DNA of 64,000 bases from Candidatus Zestomicrobium tamdykulense (GTDB lineage Archaea > Thermoproteota > Thermoprotei_A > Sulfolobales > NBVN01). Within the stretch, counting starts at the first letter, position 1. Each line of letters opens with the position of its first letter. The position numbers and the translations under genes are program-made. The notes under the pieces were generated by a model. It saw only the letters and a program-made list of their open reading frames with translations. It was not told the DNA's origin and did no database searches. Below, in pieces: positions 28,898 to 37,905 of this stretch. The stretch is taken from NCBI GenBank assembly GCA_039889305.1, contig JAVVFV010000001.1, positions 55,980 to 119,979 of the forward strand, given 5' to 3'.

Positions 28898-30262
28898 GTG
28901 TTAATAACCAAAAATAAATTTTTTTATGTTTTTACTCAAATAGTTATTCTGACCTTATTAGTACTTACGACCTCACTACATTCAGTAGGGACATCTAACT
29001 CCTTAAGTCTTCAAGCATCTGGAGTAATAACTAGAGCAGTAGTTGTTGAGATAAGTCCTCCGTGGGACGTGATAGATAGTGGGGTTAAGGAGTGCTTCTT
29101 AGACGCTTTAAGTAAGGCTGAGAGTGAAGGTAAGGCACTTATATACTTAGTCGATAGTTACGGGGGTTACTTAAACGCTGCTTACGTTATCGGAGATGCT
29201 GTAAGTAACTCGAGAATACCTACGATAGCTTACGTTAGTGGTGGTAAGGCTTTAAGTGCCGGAACCATGATAATACTTCCTGCTAGTATAATAGCACTAC
29301 ATCCTTCAGCTATTATCGGAGCTATGCAGCCAGTAATAATAAACCCTGTTACGGGAGAGCTTCAATTCATTAATGAGTCCAAAATAATAAATCCTGTTGT
29401 TGAGAAAGCTCTGAATTACGCGAGGCTTAGAGGAAGGAATGAGACTCTCGTGAGAGATTTTGTAGTCAGAGCTACTACCGTGAATGCTGAGAAGGCTGTT
29501 TCTTACGGTGTTGCGGATCTGATAGCCCAGGATCTCCCAACCTTACTAAGAATTATACATGGTGGTGAGATCACTGTATCGGGTAAGGTAGTTAGGCTAG
29601 AAATTGATAAGTCGGGTTTAGAGTTTTATGCTTGTAGTGTCAGGTCACGTCTTTTATCACTGCTCGAGAACCCTACAGTACTTAATGTGTTACTCACGAT
29701 AGGATTATTAGGAACCATATTCGCTTTATTGAGTGGTAGAGTAACAGTACTTCCACTCACTCTTCTTTTCTTGCTTCTCGGGTTAATCGGTAGCGGTCTT
29801 AATCCCAATCTCGTCTCACTATTCTTGATAATCTTGGGTAGTACACTACTAGCTATAGAATTATTCGTTTTGCCGGGCTTCGGAATAGTAGGGATAAGTG
29901 GAATTATCCTTCTAGCTTTTGGTTTCGCTCTCCTACCTACTTACTTACCTAGTGGTTTAGTTCCTTCTGAAGAATACTTAAACGCTTTAAGAGCGTTCGT
30001 AGTAAGTACCTCAGTGATACTGGGAGGATTTTTCGGCATACTAATGTTTAAAGTTATAAAAGCTAGAAGGAAGAAGCCTTATGAGTTCCTACCTACTGGT
30101 AAAGTGGGTAAAGCGATTGATGACTTAAGTCCTGGGAAACCAGGCTTCGTAATCGTTGAGGGTGAGTACTGGAAAGCAGTCTCGGACGAGGAAATAGCTA
30201 AGGGTAGTGAAGTAGTTGTAGTAAGTGTTGAGGGAGCAATACTCAGAGTTAAGAAGAAGTGA
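28898..30262 (+). CDS. NfeD-family membrane-bound serine protease (ClpP-class, stomatin-specific protease type)
   Basis: N-terminal ClpP-like domain (DSYGGYL, GGKALSAGTMI), a central multi-TM block, and a C-terminal OB-like NfeD domain (VIVEGEYWKAVSDEEIAKGSEVVVVSVEG). Adjacent to the stomatin gene. Confidence 0.8.
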   Translation: MLITKNKFFYVFTQIVILTLLVLTTSLHSVGTSNSLSLQASGVITRAVVVEISPPWDVIDSGVKECFLDALSKAESEGKALIYLVDSYGGYLNAAYVIGDAVSNSRIPTIAYVSGGKALSAGTMIILPASIIALHPSAIIGAMQPVIINPVTGELQFINESKIINPVVEKALNYARLRGRNETLVRDFVVRATTVNAEKAVSYGVADLIAQDLPTLLRIIHGGEITVSGKVVRLEIDKSGLEFYACSVRSRLLSLLENPTVLNVLLTIGLLGTIFALLSGRVTVLPLTLLFLLLGLIGSGLNPNLVSLFLIILGSTLLAIELFVLPGFGIVGISGIILLAFGFALLPTYLPSGLVPSEEYLNALRAFVVSTSVILGGFFGILMFKVIKARRKKPYEFLPTGKVGKAIDDLSPGKPGFVIVEGEYWKAVSDEEIAKGSEVVVVSVEGAILRVKKK

Positions 30263-30305
30263 GTTACTGTTCTGGTAAGCTTTATTTAAGTTTCTAAACA
30301 ATATT

Positions 30306-30569
30306 TTGATAAGAGTAATGAGTAGCGTATCAGTAAAGAATGAATTAAAAGAAAATCCCGAAAAACTGAGTAAAGCGTATGAGTTAAGATCTAAGAACCT
30401 GCAGGAGTTGCTGTTAATTAAAGGTCTAGGCGCTGAAGTAGTTAGAGCTTTATCACTCATTTTCAAGTTAATCTATAGAGAACTACCACCATTAAGAGAC
30501 ATGGTTACACATAATTTCTCGCCTTTCAAGTACGCTTACGCTATAGGATACTGTTTTCTTTTTATGTGA
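30306..30569 (+). pseudogene. short gene fragment, possibly the internal HhH segment of a DUF763-family protein
   Basis: LLLIKGLGAEVVRALSLIFKLIYRELPPLRD...FSPFKYAYAIG resembles my recollection of the DUF763 G-x-G-P...RAL..v.E.IYG...DP..fsfA.GGKDG region but breaks off before GGKDG. The flanks are non-coding. Family assignment is tentative. Confidence 0.3.
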
Positions 30570-30577
30570 TTGATTAA

Positions 30578-30587
30578 AGTATTTAAG
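30578..30587 (+). promoter_or_regulatory. orphan BRE/TATA-like promoter element (AGTATTTAAG) with no ORF downstream
   Basis: Identical 10-mer to the element upstream of rpl3, embedded in TTAAAGTATTTAAG, which also matches 31341-31354 at 13 of 14 positions. The next convincing plus-strand ORF is about 790 nt away. Confidence 0.35.
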
Positions 30588-31344
30588 TTTTGGTGCATGT
30601 TTCTAGTAATGAGTTAGTTTAATGACTCTGGCTAGCGATGGGAGTTCTACTCTAAGCAGGCCAGAGGATGATTCGTTAATCTTAGATGGGACCTCATGCT
30701 GTTAGGCTCAATAGCCACCCATGAACCCATAGTAGAAAACATTATAGGCAAGGTGGAGATCCCTAGACGTAATCATAAAACAAAATTTAGGGACAAACAG
30801 ATACTTCTAAAGCAGACTCAGTCTCTCTGAAGTTTCCTTAATGATAGATAGGCTAAGATTACGTAGGTATTAAATACATAAACTTTTGAGACCTCGACCT
30901 ACGCGATGTACCTAACCAACTATTGATAACTTTCATCAAATCTTTAATGAGGATCTTTGCTTTAGTACTGCATCAGATACAAACGATAATACCTTTCTAT
31001 CCACTCCCAGAGATCTTCTAAATTTAATTCTGTCAGTGATAGTAGCTATTACTTCTATGAATACTGTTGCTCTAACTATAACTATTGAAGGACTTAAGCA
31101 CTCCTCAACCTATTATTTAGTAATTCTCTTAATGTTAGGTGGTTTAGGCGGTCTTATATCTGATATCTTGGTAGTGAACCTACTTCAACTTGTAGCAGAA
31201 ATAATGCTACAACCTATAATATCATTAACTTAGATCAGTATTTTAGGTTTCTTAAGAGTTTTAAGCATAAGTTTGAGTCTGTTCATGTAGAGATAAATTA
31301 ATTTTTAGCTAGGTTTAGATTAGGTGGTGTGGTTTAGGAGTTAA

Positions 31345-31354
31345 AGTATTTAGG
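31345..31354 (+). promoter_or_regulatory. BRE/TATA-like promoter element (AGTATTTAGG) upstream of ORF 31370
   Basis: Lies about 20 nt upstream of ATG 31370, a spacing that implies a leaderless or near-leaderless mRNA. Confidence 0.45.
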
Positions 31355-31369
31355 GAGTTAGGGTATGTA

Positions 31370-31669
31370 ATGATTGAGGGGGTTCTCACAGATGTTTACT
31401 CTATTTTGGAGAAGATAGCTGAAGAGTTAGGTTTAACTGAAGATATTGAAGATACCTTAAGAATACTGAAAAATTTTGACGCGCACTATAGTTCTCTAAG
31501 AAGGAAATTCAAGGAATATATAACACCACGCAAAAACGAGAGAGACTTGTTGTTAGGGAGAGTTATCGTAGATAAGATTAGGTTAAGAGTAGAGAATAAT
31601 CAGAAAATAGTTACTATCGTGTTTGATAAAAGAGTGAATCCAGAATATATACTCAGATTAGTGAGTTAG
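31370..31669 (+). CDS. hypothetical protein
   Basis: 99-aa ORF with a promoter-like element at the right distance. No motif recognised. Confidence 0.35.
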   Translation: MIEGVLTDVYSILEKIAEELGLTEDIEDTLRILKNFDAHYSSLRRKFKEYITPRKNERDLLLGRVIVDKIRLRVENNQKIVTIVFDKRVNPEYILRLVS

Positions 31670-31680
31670 GAAGTGTAGAC

Positions 31681-31995
31681 TCATTTCTTACTCTTTCTGG
31701 AGGTTTTTGTTTTCTGTTCTTTTTTCTTCTGTTTTGACAGGAAGTTTTCTCTTAGCTTCTTTATATTATTTACTACCTCATCTACCGCGTCAGGATTATT
31801 AAGTGCTTTTAGGAGTAGTTCTTCAATACTTATCATAGTTTCTAGAGAGTTTATGCTAAACGAGATTTTCGGTACTTCAACTTCCTCAGCACCCCAACTA
31901 ACCTCTTCCTCAGTAGTTTCTAGGTTAATCATTTTCTCGAAGCTTTCTTCTTCTGTTTCTTCTTCCTCTTCTGTTCTTTTCTCCTCTTCTGACAT
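31681..31995 (-). CDS. candidate RNA polymerase subunit Rpo13 (acidic N-terminus, helical core, Lys-rich tail)
   Basis: 104 aa: an MSEEEKRTEEEEETEEE acidic head, PKISFSINSLETMISIEELLLKALNN (compare Sulfolobus Rpo13 PKLSIQDIELLMKN as remembered), and a KQKKKEQKTKTSRKSKK tail. Same size as Sulfolobus Rpo13. Confidence 0.4.
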   Translation of the reverse strand: MSEEEKRTEEEEETEEESFEKMINLETTEEEVSWGAEEVEVPKISFSINSLETMISIEELLLKALNNPDAVDEVVNNIKKLRENFLSKQKKKEQKTKTSRKSKK

Positions 31996-32091
31996 TCTAA
32001 CACCTTAGAAGAGATACTTGTGGGTATTTATAAAGATTGATACTTATTCTTCTCGACTTATCAAAGGAGTTATGTTTAAAAAATATTTTGG

Positions 32092-34929
32092 GTGTTAGTG
32101 AGTAAGATGCGGGAGAACGTGGTAAGTCTGCTGAATATGGAGGTTGCTGAGGTAGCTAGGAAAGTAGGTTTATCTGAGTTGACTCCTATCCAGGAAAAAG
32201 CTATTCCTGCTGTTTTGTCTGGATATCACGTACTCATTGTAGCGCCAACAGGTAGTGGTAAAACTGAGGCAGCTATGTTGCCAATACTTAGCATGATGTG
32301 TGAGAGGAGGAGTGAGGTCTCTCCTATAACGGTTATTTACGTAACACCCTTAAGAGCTCTCAATAGGGATATGTTGCGTAGACTAGGTAGCTTAGGTGAG
32401 ATGCTGGGGTTTAAAGTAGCTGTTAGGCATGGTGACACACCAAGCACTGCTAGGAGACTTATGAGTCTCTCACCACCTCATATCTTAATAACTACTCCTG
32501 AGACTTTAGCTTATGTCATAGTGAACAAAGACTTGAGGAATTACTTAAAGAATGTTAAGTGGGTAGTGATAGATGAGTTTCACGAACTAATTAACAGTAA
32601 GAGAGGAACCCACTTACTAGTTGATTTAGAAAGACTTGAGAGGATTGCAGGGAGATATCAGCGTGTAGCTTTATCAGCCAGCATAGGCGACCTAAACAAA
32701 ATAAAGAGTGTTTTAGCTCCTGGTAGGTTAGTGATTGATGTGTCAATACCTATGTCTAGAGAGTCTGAGATTAAGGTAGTTACGGTGCAACCTGGTTTTC
32801 CGGTAGGTAGTGAATCAAGAAACGCTGTAGTTGATAAGGTTTCAGAATTACTATCGAGATTCAGGAACCTCATAATATTCACTAATACTAGAGACGAGGC
32901 TGAGTGGCTAGGAACCATGCTTAGTAAGCGCGGGTTCTCGGTTGAGGTACATCACGGCTCACTATCAAAGAAGGTTAGGGAGAGGGTAGAGAAGGAGCTT
33001 AAGGAAGGATTACTAAAAGCTGTTGTTTCTACTTCTACTTTAGAGTTAGGGATCGATGTAGGTTACGTAGACGCAGTTATTCAGGTGTCGTCCCCCAGGC
33101 AGGCCGTGAAGCTGCTTCAGAGGGTTGGTAGGTCATCACATAAGTTGTGGTTGAAAGCTGTAGGTTACATAGTAACTAATAATAACTTAGATGACGTGGT
33201 AGAATCGCTCGTTATTGCTAGAAGAACCTCAAGTTACAACCTAGAAAAACCAAACATATTTAAAGGATCTCTTGACGTCTTATCTCACTTACTGGTTGGC
33301 TTAGGTCTTGAGGGAGGCTTTACTCCTGACGAAGCACTCAAGATTCTTAGGAGGAGTTATCCGTACGCAGAACTATCAGAAGAAGATCTCCAGAAAGTCA
33401 TAGACTTACTAATAAATCTAAAGTACCTGAGGAAACAACCCAACAACACTTACGTCACGACTAATAAGGGCAGGATTTACTACCTAAAAACAACTATGAT
33501 TGTTGAGTCTTCACAGTATGACGTTATAGATATTGTGACAGGTAGTCACATAGGAGGGCTGGATGAGGAGTTTGTAGCATTATCTGTTAACGAAAACTCC
33601 AACATGGTTTTGTCGGGCAGGGTCTGGAGAGTCATTAACGTGGATGATGAGACCAAAAAGATATTCGTTGAGTTGAGTAGTAGTGAGGAAGAGTTAATCC
33701 CTACTTGGTCTGGGGAGAACATACCTGTTGATTTTAAGGTAGCTAGAGAAGTCTGTGCTCTCAGACGTATGGTGATTTCAGGAAGTAATGTGAGTAATTA
33801 CTTAGGATTCACAAATAACACTGATGTTCTAGGTTACTTACGTACGGTGTTGAGAGATCACGTAAGTAGGGGTTATCCCCTACCAACTGAGAAAGAAGTA
33901 CTTATTGAGGTCAGTCGAGGTGATAATGTCCTCGTAGTTATTCATTCTTGTTTAGGTAGTCGAGGTAATTTAGGTCTTGCTCATGTAGTGTCTTACTACT
34001 TAAGTAGAGCACTAGGTGTAAAGCCAGTAATAAAGTCTGACCCCTACAGAATCTACGTGCTTATCCCGGGCAGTGTTAGTGAGTCTCTCACGTCAACCCT
34101 CTTAGAGAGATTATTAAGTGATTTAGGAGACGAGGGAATAATTAATTACCTGAGAGAGTCTTTACTTAAGTCAACTTTGGCTGAGTACGTGGCTAGGAGG
34201 GTTCTCGTAAGGCTTGGTATTATGCCTGAGGACACACCACCCCAAGTTGTTAGAACACTAGTTAATAGATACATGGGTCACGAAATCGTCAGTAAGGAGG
34301 TACTTAACGAGATCTTAACTCGTTACATTGATTTAGAAGTTCTTGAGAATTTCTTTAGGTGGACTAAGTCTGGTTACTTAACTAAGAAGATAGTAGTAGT
34401 TAGTGAGTTGTCCCCAATAGCTTTGGAAGGACTTAAAGTTGCTGGAGGGTATGGTAGGGTAGAAGTAGAGAAGCTTCCTAGGAGCGTAGTAATTGAATTA
34501 CTTAAGAAGAGGTTGTTAGAAAAAGAAGTGAAACTCTACTGTCTCAAGTGTGGTAATAGCTGGTGCGACGTAGTCAAGAACTTGCCGGAAAGAGTGAGTT
34601 GCAGTAAGTGTGGTTACTCCGTGATTGGGGTATATTTCGGTAGTGAAGATTTAAGCAGTTTAGTGAGGAAGGTCATTAAGTATGGTGCTAAGTACGAGTT
34701 TCTAGTTACTGAAGAAGAGAAGAGGAAGTATGAGGAGTTAGTAGCTTCTGCTAGGCTTGTGTTAAGTTTTGGTAAGAAAGCTGTGATTGCGTTAGCTGCT
34801 AGAGGTGTAGGTCCTCATAACGCTGTGAAAGCTCTGAGTTCTAATAGTGAGGAGGAGTTTTACTTATCACTTTATGAGCTTGAGAGAAACTACGTGAGGA
34901 CTAGGAAATACTGGGATGCTAGTAAGTAA
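32092..34929 (+). CDS. lhr: Lhr-like large ATP-dependent DEAD/DEAH-box helicase
   Basis: Helicase motifs Q (TPIQEKAIP), I (APTGSGKTEAA), II (DEFH), III (SAS) and VI (QRVGRSSH). 945 aa with a C-terminal CxxC...CxxC zinc ribbon (CLKCGNSW...CSKCG). Confidence 0.8.
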   Translation: MLVSKMRENVVSLLNMEVAEVARKVGLSELTPIQEKAIPAVLSGYHVLIVAPTGSGKTEAAMLPILSMMCERRSEVSPITVIYVTPLRALNRDMLRRLGSLGEMLGFKVAVRHGDTPSTARRLMSLSPPHILITTPETLAYVIVNKDLRNYLKNVKWVVIDEFHELINSKRGTHLLVDLERLERIAGRYQRVALSASIGDLNKIKSVLAPGRLVIDVSIPMSRESEIKVVTVQPGFPVGSESRNAVVDKVSELLSRFRNLIIFTNTRDEAEWLGTMLSKRGFSVEVHHGSLSKKVRERVEKELKEGLLKAVVSTSTLELGIDVGYVDAVIQVSSPRQAVKLLQRVGRSSHKLWLKAVGYIVTNNNLDDVVESLVIARRTSSYNLEKPNIFKGSLDVLSHLLVGLGLEGGFTPDEALKILRRSYPYAELSEEDLQKVIDLLINLKYLRKQPNNTYVTTNKGRIYYLKTTMIVESSQYDVIDIVTGSHIGGLDEEFVALSVNENSNMVLSGRVWRVINVDDETKKIFVELSSSEEELIPTWSGENIPVDFKVAREVCALRRMVISGSNVSNYLGFTNNTDVLGYLRTVLRDHVSRGYPLPTEKEVLIEVSRGDNVLVVIHSCLGSRGNLGLAHVVSYYLSRALGVKPVIKSDPYRIYVLIPGSVSESLTSTLLERLLSDLGDEGIINYLRESLLKSTLAEYVARRVLVRLGIMPEDTPPQVVRTLVNRYMGHEIVSKEVLNEILTRYIDLEVLENFFRWTKSGYLTKKIVVVSELSPIALEGLKVAGGYGRVEVEKLPRSVVIELLKKRLLEKEVKLYCLKCGNSWCDVVKNLPERVSCSKCGYSVIGVYFGSEDLSSLVRKVIKYGAKYEFLVTEEEKRKYEELVASARLVLSFGKKAVIALAARGVGPHNAVKALSSNSEEEFYLSLYELERNYVRTRKYWDASK

Positions 34930-34980
34930 ACACACTCAGCTTCAAGATATGGGTTTTGGTTGCGAGTTACTGTAGTAAAA

Positions 34981-34990
34981 AGTATTTAAG
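34981..34990 (+). promoter_or_regulatory. BRE/TATA-like promoter element (AGTATTTAAG) of the rpl3-rpl4-rpl23-rpl2 operon
   Basis: Preceded by an AAAA BRE-like run, about 50 nt upstream of the rpl3 ATG. A GGGTTGGGTG SD-like tract lies at 35023-35032. Confidence 0.5.
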
Positions 34991-35038
34991 CATTTATCAC
35001 CAAAACATTTAGGATCATAGAAGGGTTGGGTGTAACTG

Positions 35039-36058
35039 ATGGCTAGGAGGAAGTGGAGTGCTCCGAGAAGAGGCTCTCTAGGTGTTAGGCCTAGAAAGAG
35101 AGCTGCCGAGTTCGTACCGTCTGTAAGGACGTGGCCTGAGGTATCGTTAGGAAGCCCTAGACCGCTTGCTTTCTTAGGTTATAAGGTTGGGATGACTCAC
35201 GTAATATTAGTTGATGATCATCCAGGAAGACCAACTTACGGGCAGGAGATTTTCGTTCCAGTAACTGTTATTGAGACACCTCCGATGATACCTCTTGCTG
35301 CTAGGTTTTATGAAGCTACTGTAGCGGGTTTAAAGACTTTAACCGAGGTCTGGACCAGACCTCCTGAGGAGTTAGAGATTCATAGGAGGATTAAGACACT
35401 CTCCGTAGCTACAGGAGCTCTTGAGGAGACTCTTAAGAAGCTCGAGGAGGTGAAAGACAATATTGCTAGGGTTTCTCTCATAATGGCTTCACAACCTAAG
35501 CTGACCGGCGGTCTTAGTAAGAAAGTCCCTGACGTAATTGAGGTTAAGTTGGGTGGTGGGGACTTAAAGACTCAGGTAGAGTACGCTATAGGAATTCTTA
35601 GCAAGCCTTTAAGAGTTTCCGATATTTTTAGTGCAGGGCAGTTCATAGACGTTATTGGGGTTACTAAAGGAAAGGGCTTTCAAGGAGTGATTAAGAGGTT
35701 TGGTGTTAGGGAACTACCTAAGTGGCATAAGCATAGGAAGGGTCATAGAAGGATTGGTGCCAGGAGTCCTGCGTTCGGAGCTATAAGTCCGGTTCCTCAA
35801 CCAGGTCAGATGGGGTTCCACAGAAGGACTGAATATAATAAGAGGATACTAATGATAGGTGATGACGGCAGTAAAATAACTCCAGTGAGTAGCTTCCCAC
35901 ACTACGGCCGGGTAATGACTGATTACGTAGTACTTGCAGGTTCTGTTCAGGGAACTCCTAAGAGACCCTTAATTCTTAGGTGGCCTATTAGACCTCCCAG
36001 CTGGACACCAGATAAGGCTCCTAAAATCATTTATATAAGTCTCGAGAGTAAGATCTGA
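35039..36058 (+). CDS. rpl3: 50S ribosomal protein L3
   Basis: PRRGSLGVRPRKRA, FLGYKVGMTHV, GVTKGKGFQGVIKRFG. Confidence 0.95.
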   Translation: MARRKWSAPRRGSLGVRPRKRAAEFVPSVRTWPEVSLGSPRPLAFLGYKVGMTHVILVDDHPGRPTYGQEIFVPVTVIETPPMIPLAARFYEATVAGLKTLTEVWTRPPEELEIHRRIKTLSVATGALEETLKKLEEVKDNIARVSLIMASQPKLTGGLSKKVPDVIEVKLGGGDLKTQVEYAIGILSKPLRVSDIFSAGQFIDVIGVTKGKGFQGVIKRFGVRELPKWHKHRKGHRRIGARSPAFGAISPVPQPGQMGFHRRTEYNKRILMIGDDGSKITPVSSFPHYGRVMTDYVVLAGSVQGTPKRPLILRWPIRPPSWTPDKAPKIIYISLESKI

Positions 36059-36065
36059 GTTAAGG

Positions 36066-36887
36066 GTGTTGATGATGTCTGAGAAGCTACTTGTGAGTGA
36101 GAAGATCGTTGAGAGGAAGGTTCCGGTGTATGATGCTAGCGGTAATGTAGTAGGGGATGTAGTCCTCCCAAGAGTTTTTTCTTTTCCTGTGAGGAAAGAC
36201 TTAATTAAGAGGGCTTTCTTAGCTTCCTTCACCGCTGGATTGCAGCCTAAGGGGAGGGATCTCTTAGCTGGCAAAAGAAGAGTTGGTGAGTCTTGGGGTA
36301 TAGGGCATAGTGTAGCTAGGGTGCCTAGGCTCGATAATGGTCGTGCTGTCTTAGCTCCTATGACTAGGGGTGGTAGGCTAGCTCACCCACCTAGAGTTGA
36401 GAAAGTTATTAGGGAGAGGATCAATCAGAGAGAGAAAGTCAGGGCTATTGCTTCAGCTATAGCTGCTACCGGATGTCCTGACCTAGTTAGGTTGAGGGGT
36501 CATTTATTCGAGAAGAAGGTCTTACCTATAATAGTTGATGATCAAGCACTAAGTGTTGTTAGGACTAGTGACGCAAGAAGTCTTCTTAGGAACCTGGGTG
36601 TTTTCGCGGATATTGAGAGAGCACGTGATAAGATTAGGATTAGAGCTGGTAAGGGGAAGATGAGAGGTAGGAAATACGTGAATCCTAAGTCTCTCTTGAT
36701 TGTGGTGCATAATGAGAAGCTCGATGCTTATAAAGCTTTTAGAAACTTACCAGGAGTTGATGTAGTTCCTGCTAGTATGTTGAGTGTAATACACTTAGCT
36801 CCTGGAGGTGTTCCGGGCAGGCTAACAATATATACTAAGACAGCTCTAGAAGTGCTTAGGAAGAGGTTTGAGGTGGTGAGTCTTTGA
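36066..36887 (+). CDS. rpl4: 50S ribosomal protein L4
   Basis: [34 protein letters not shown]. Position after rpl3. Confidence 0.95.
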   Translation: MLMMSEKLLVSEKIVERKVPVYDASGNVVGDVVLPRVFSFPVRKDLIKRAFLASFTAGLQPKGRDLLAGKRRVGESWGIGHSVARVPRLDNGRAVLAPMTRGGRLAHPPRVEKVIRERINQREKVRAIASAIAATGCPDLVRLRGHLFEKKVLPIIVDDQALSVVRTSDARSLLRNLGVFADIERARDKIRIRAGKGKMRGRKYVNPKSLLIVVHNEKLDAYKAFRNLPGVDVVPASMLSVIHLAPGGVPGRLTIYTKTALEVLRKRFEVVSL

Positions 36888-37147
36888 AGGATCTTGCATC
36901 AATAATTAAGAGGTCTTTAGCTACTGAGAAGACCCTCTCACTGATAGAGAAAAACAATACCTTAGTCTTCATAGTTGATTTGAGAGCTACTAAAGGCGAA
37001 ATTAGGGAGGCTGTAGAGAAACTCTTCGGTGTTAAGGTTGAGAAAGTGAATACCCTGATAACTATGAAGGGTGAGAAGAAAGCTTACGTCAAGCTTAAGC
37101 CAGAGTATAAGGCTAGTGAGATAGCGACTAGGTTAGGTCTTATTTAG
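36884..37147 (+). CDS. rpl23: 50S ribosomal protein L23
   Basis: [44 protein letters not shown]. 4-nt overlap with rpl4. Confidence 0.95.
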   Translation: MKDLASIIKRSLATEKTLSLIEKNNTLVFIVDLRATKGEIREAVEKLFGVKVEKVNTLITMKGEKKAYVKLKPEYKASEIATRLGLI

Positions 37148-37161
37148 GTGGGTGATGTTAA

Positions 37162-37878
37162 GTGGGTAAGAAAACACTTCAGCAGAGGGCTGGACGCGGC
37201 GGACAAAACTTTAGGAGTCCCTCACACGTTAGGGTTGCTGACGCTAGATACCCTCCACCAACCGACGCCACATACAGAGGAGTTGTTGCTGAATTGATTC
37301 ATGATTCGGGCAGGTGGGTTCCTCTAGCCAGGGTAGTGCTAGAGAATGGTAGCGAGTACTACATACCAGCGTCTGAGGGCATGTACGTGGGTCAGGAGGT
37401 CTTCATAGGTCCTGAAGCACCAGCAAACCTAGGATGCACCCTCCCGTTAGGTAAGATACCTGAAGGCACTAAAATCTACAACATAGAATTAAGACCTGGT
37501 GATGGTGGTAAGTTAGCTAGGCAGTCAGGTAGCTACGCTATAGTTCTCGGCAAGTCTGAGAGATACACCATAGTTCTTCTACCCAGCAAAAGACAGAAAA
37601 GTATTTTGAGTACTGCTAGAGCAACTATAGGTGTTCCGGCAGGTGCTGGGAGACCTGAGAAGCCCTTACTTAAGGCTGGTACTGCTTACCATAAGTGGAA
37701 GGTGAAAGCTCATAAATGGCCTAGGGTCAGGGGCGTAGCGATGAATGCTGTCAGTCACAAATTCGGTGGTGGTCATCATCAGAGGAAATCACACCCATCT
37801 ACGGTATCTAGGAACGCACCGCCAGGTAGGAAGGTAGGTCATATAGCTGCTAGGAGAACAGGTCTCAGGAAGAGGTAA
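37162..37878 (+). CDS. rpl2: 50S ribosomal protein L2
   Basis: GDGGKLARQSGSYA, WPRVRGVAMNAVSHKFGGG, PPGRKVGHIAARRTG. Confidence 0.95.
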   Translation: MGKKTLQQRAGRGGQNFRSPSHVRVADARYPPPTDATYRGVVAELIHDSGRWVPLARVVLENGSEYYIPASEGMYVGQEVFIGPEAPANLGCTLPLGKIPEGTKIYNIELRPGDGGKLARQSGSYAIVLGKSERYTIVLLPSKRQKSILSTARATIGVPAGAGRPEKPLLKAGTAYHKWKVKAHKWPRVRGVAMNAVSHKFGGGHHQRKSHPSTVSRNAPPGRKVGHIAARRTGLRKR

Positions 37879-37905
37879 GAATAACCTCGTATTCTATTTC
37901 CTCTT

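Noticed and set aside
28101-30262. The stomatin gene precedes nfeD, the reverse of the nfeD-stomatin order I remember for Pyrococcus, considered as a rearrangement of interest.
   Set aside because: Both genes are intact, adjacent (8-nt gap) and on the same strand, so the operon logic is preserved. Gene order within this pair varies, and I cannot support any functional consequence.
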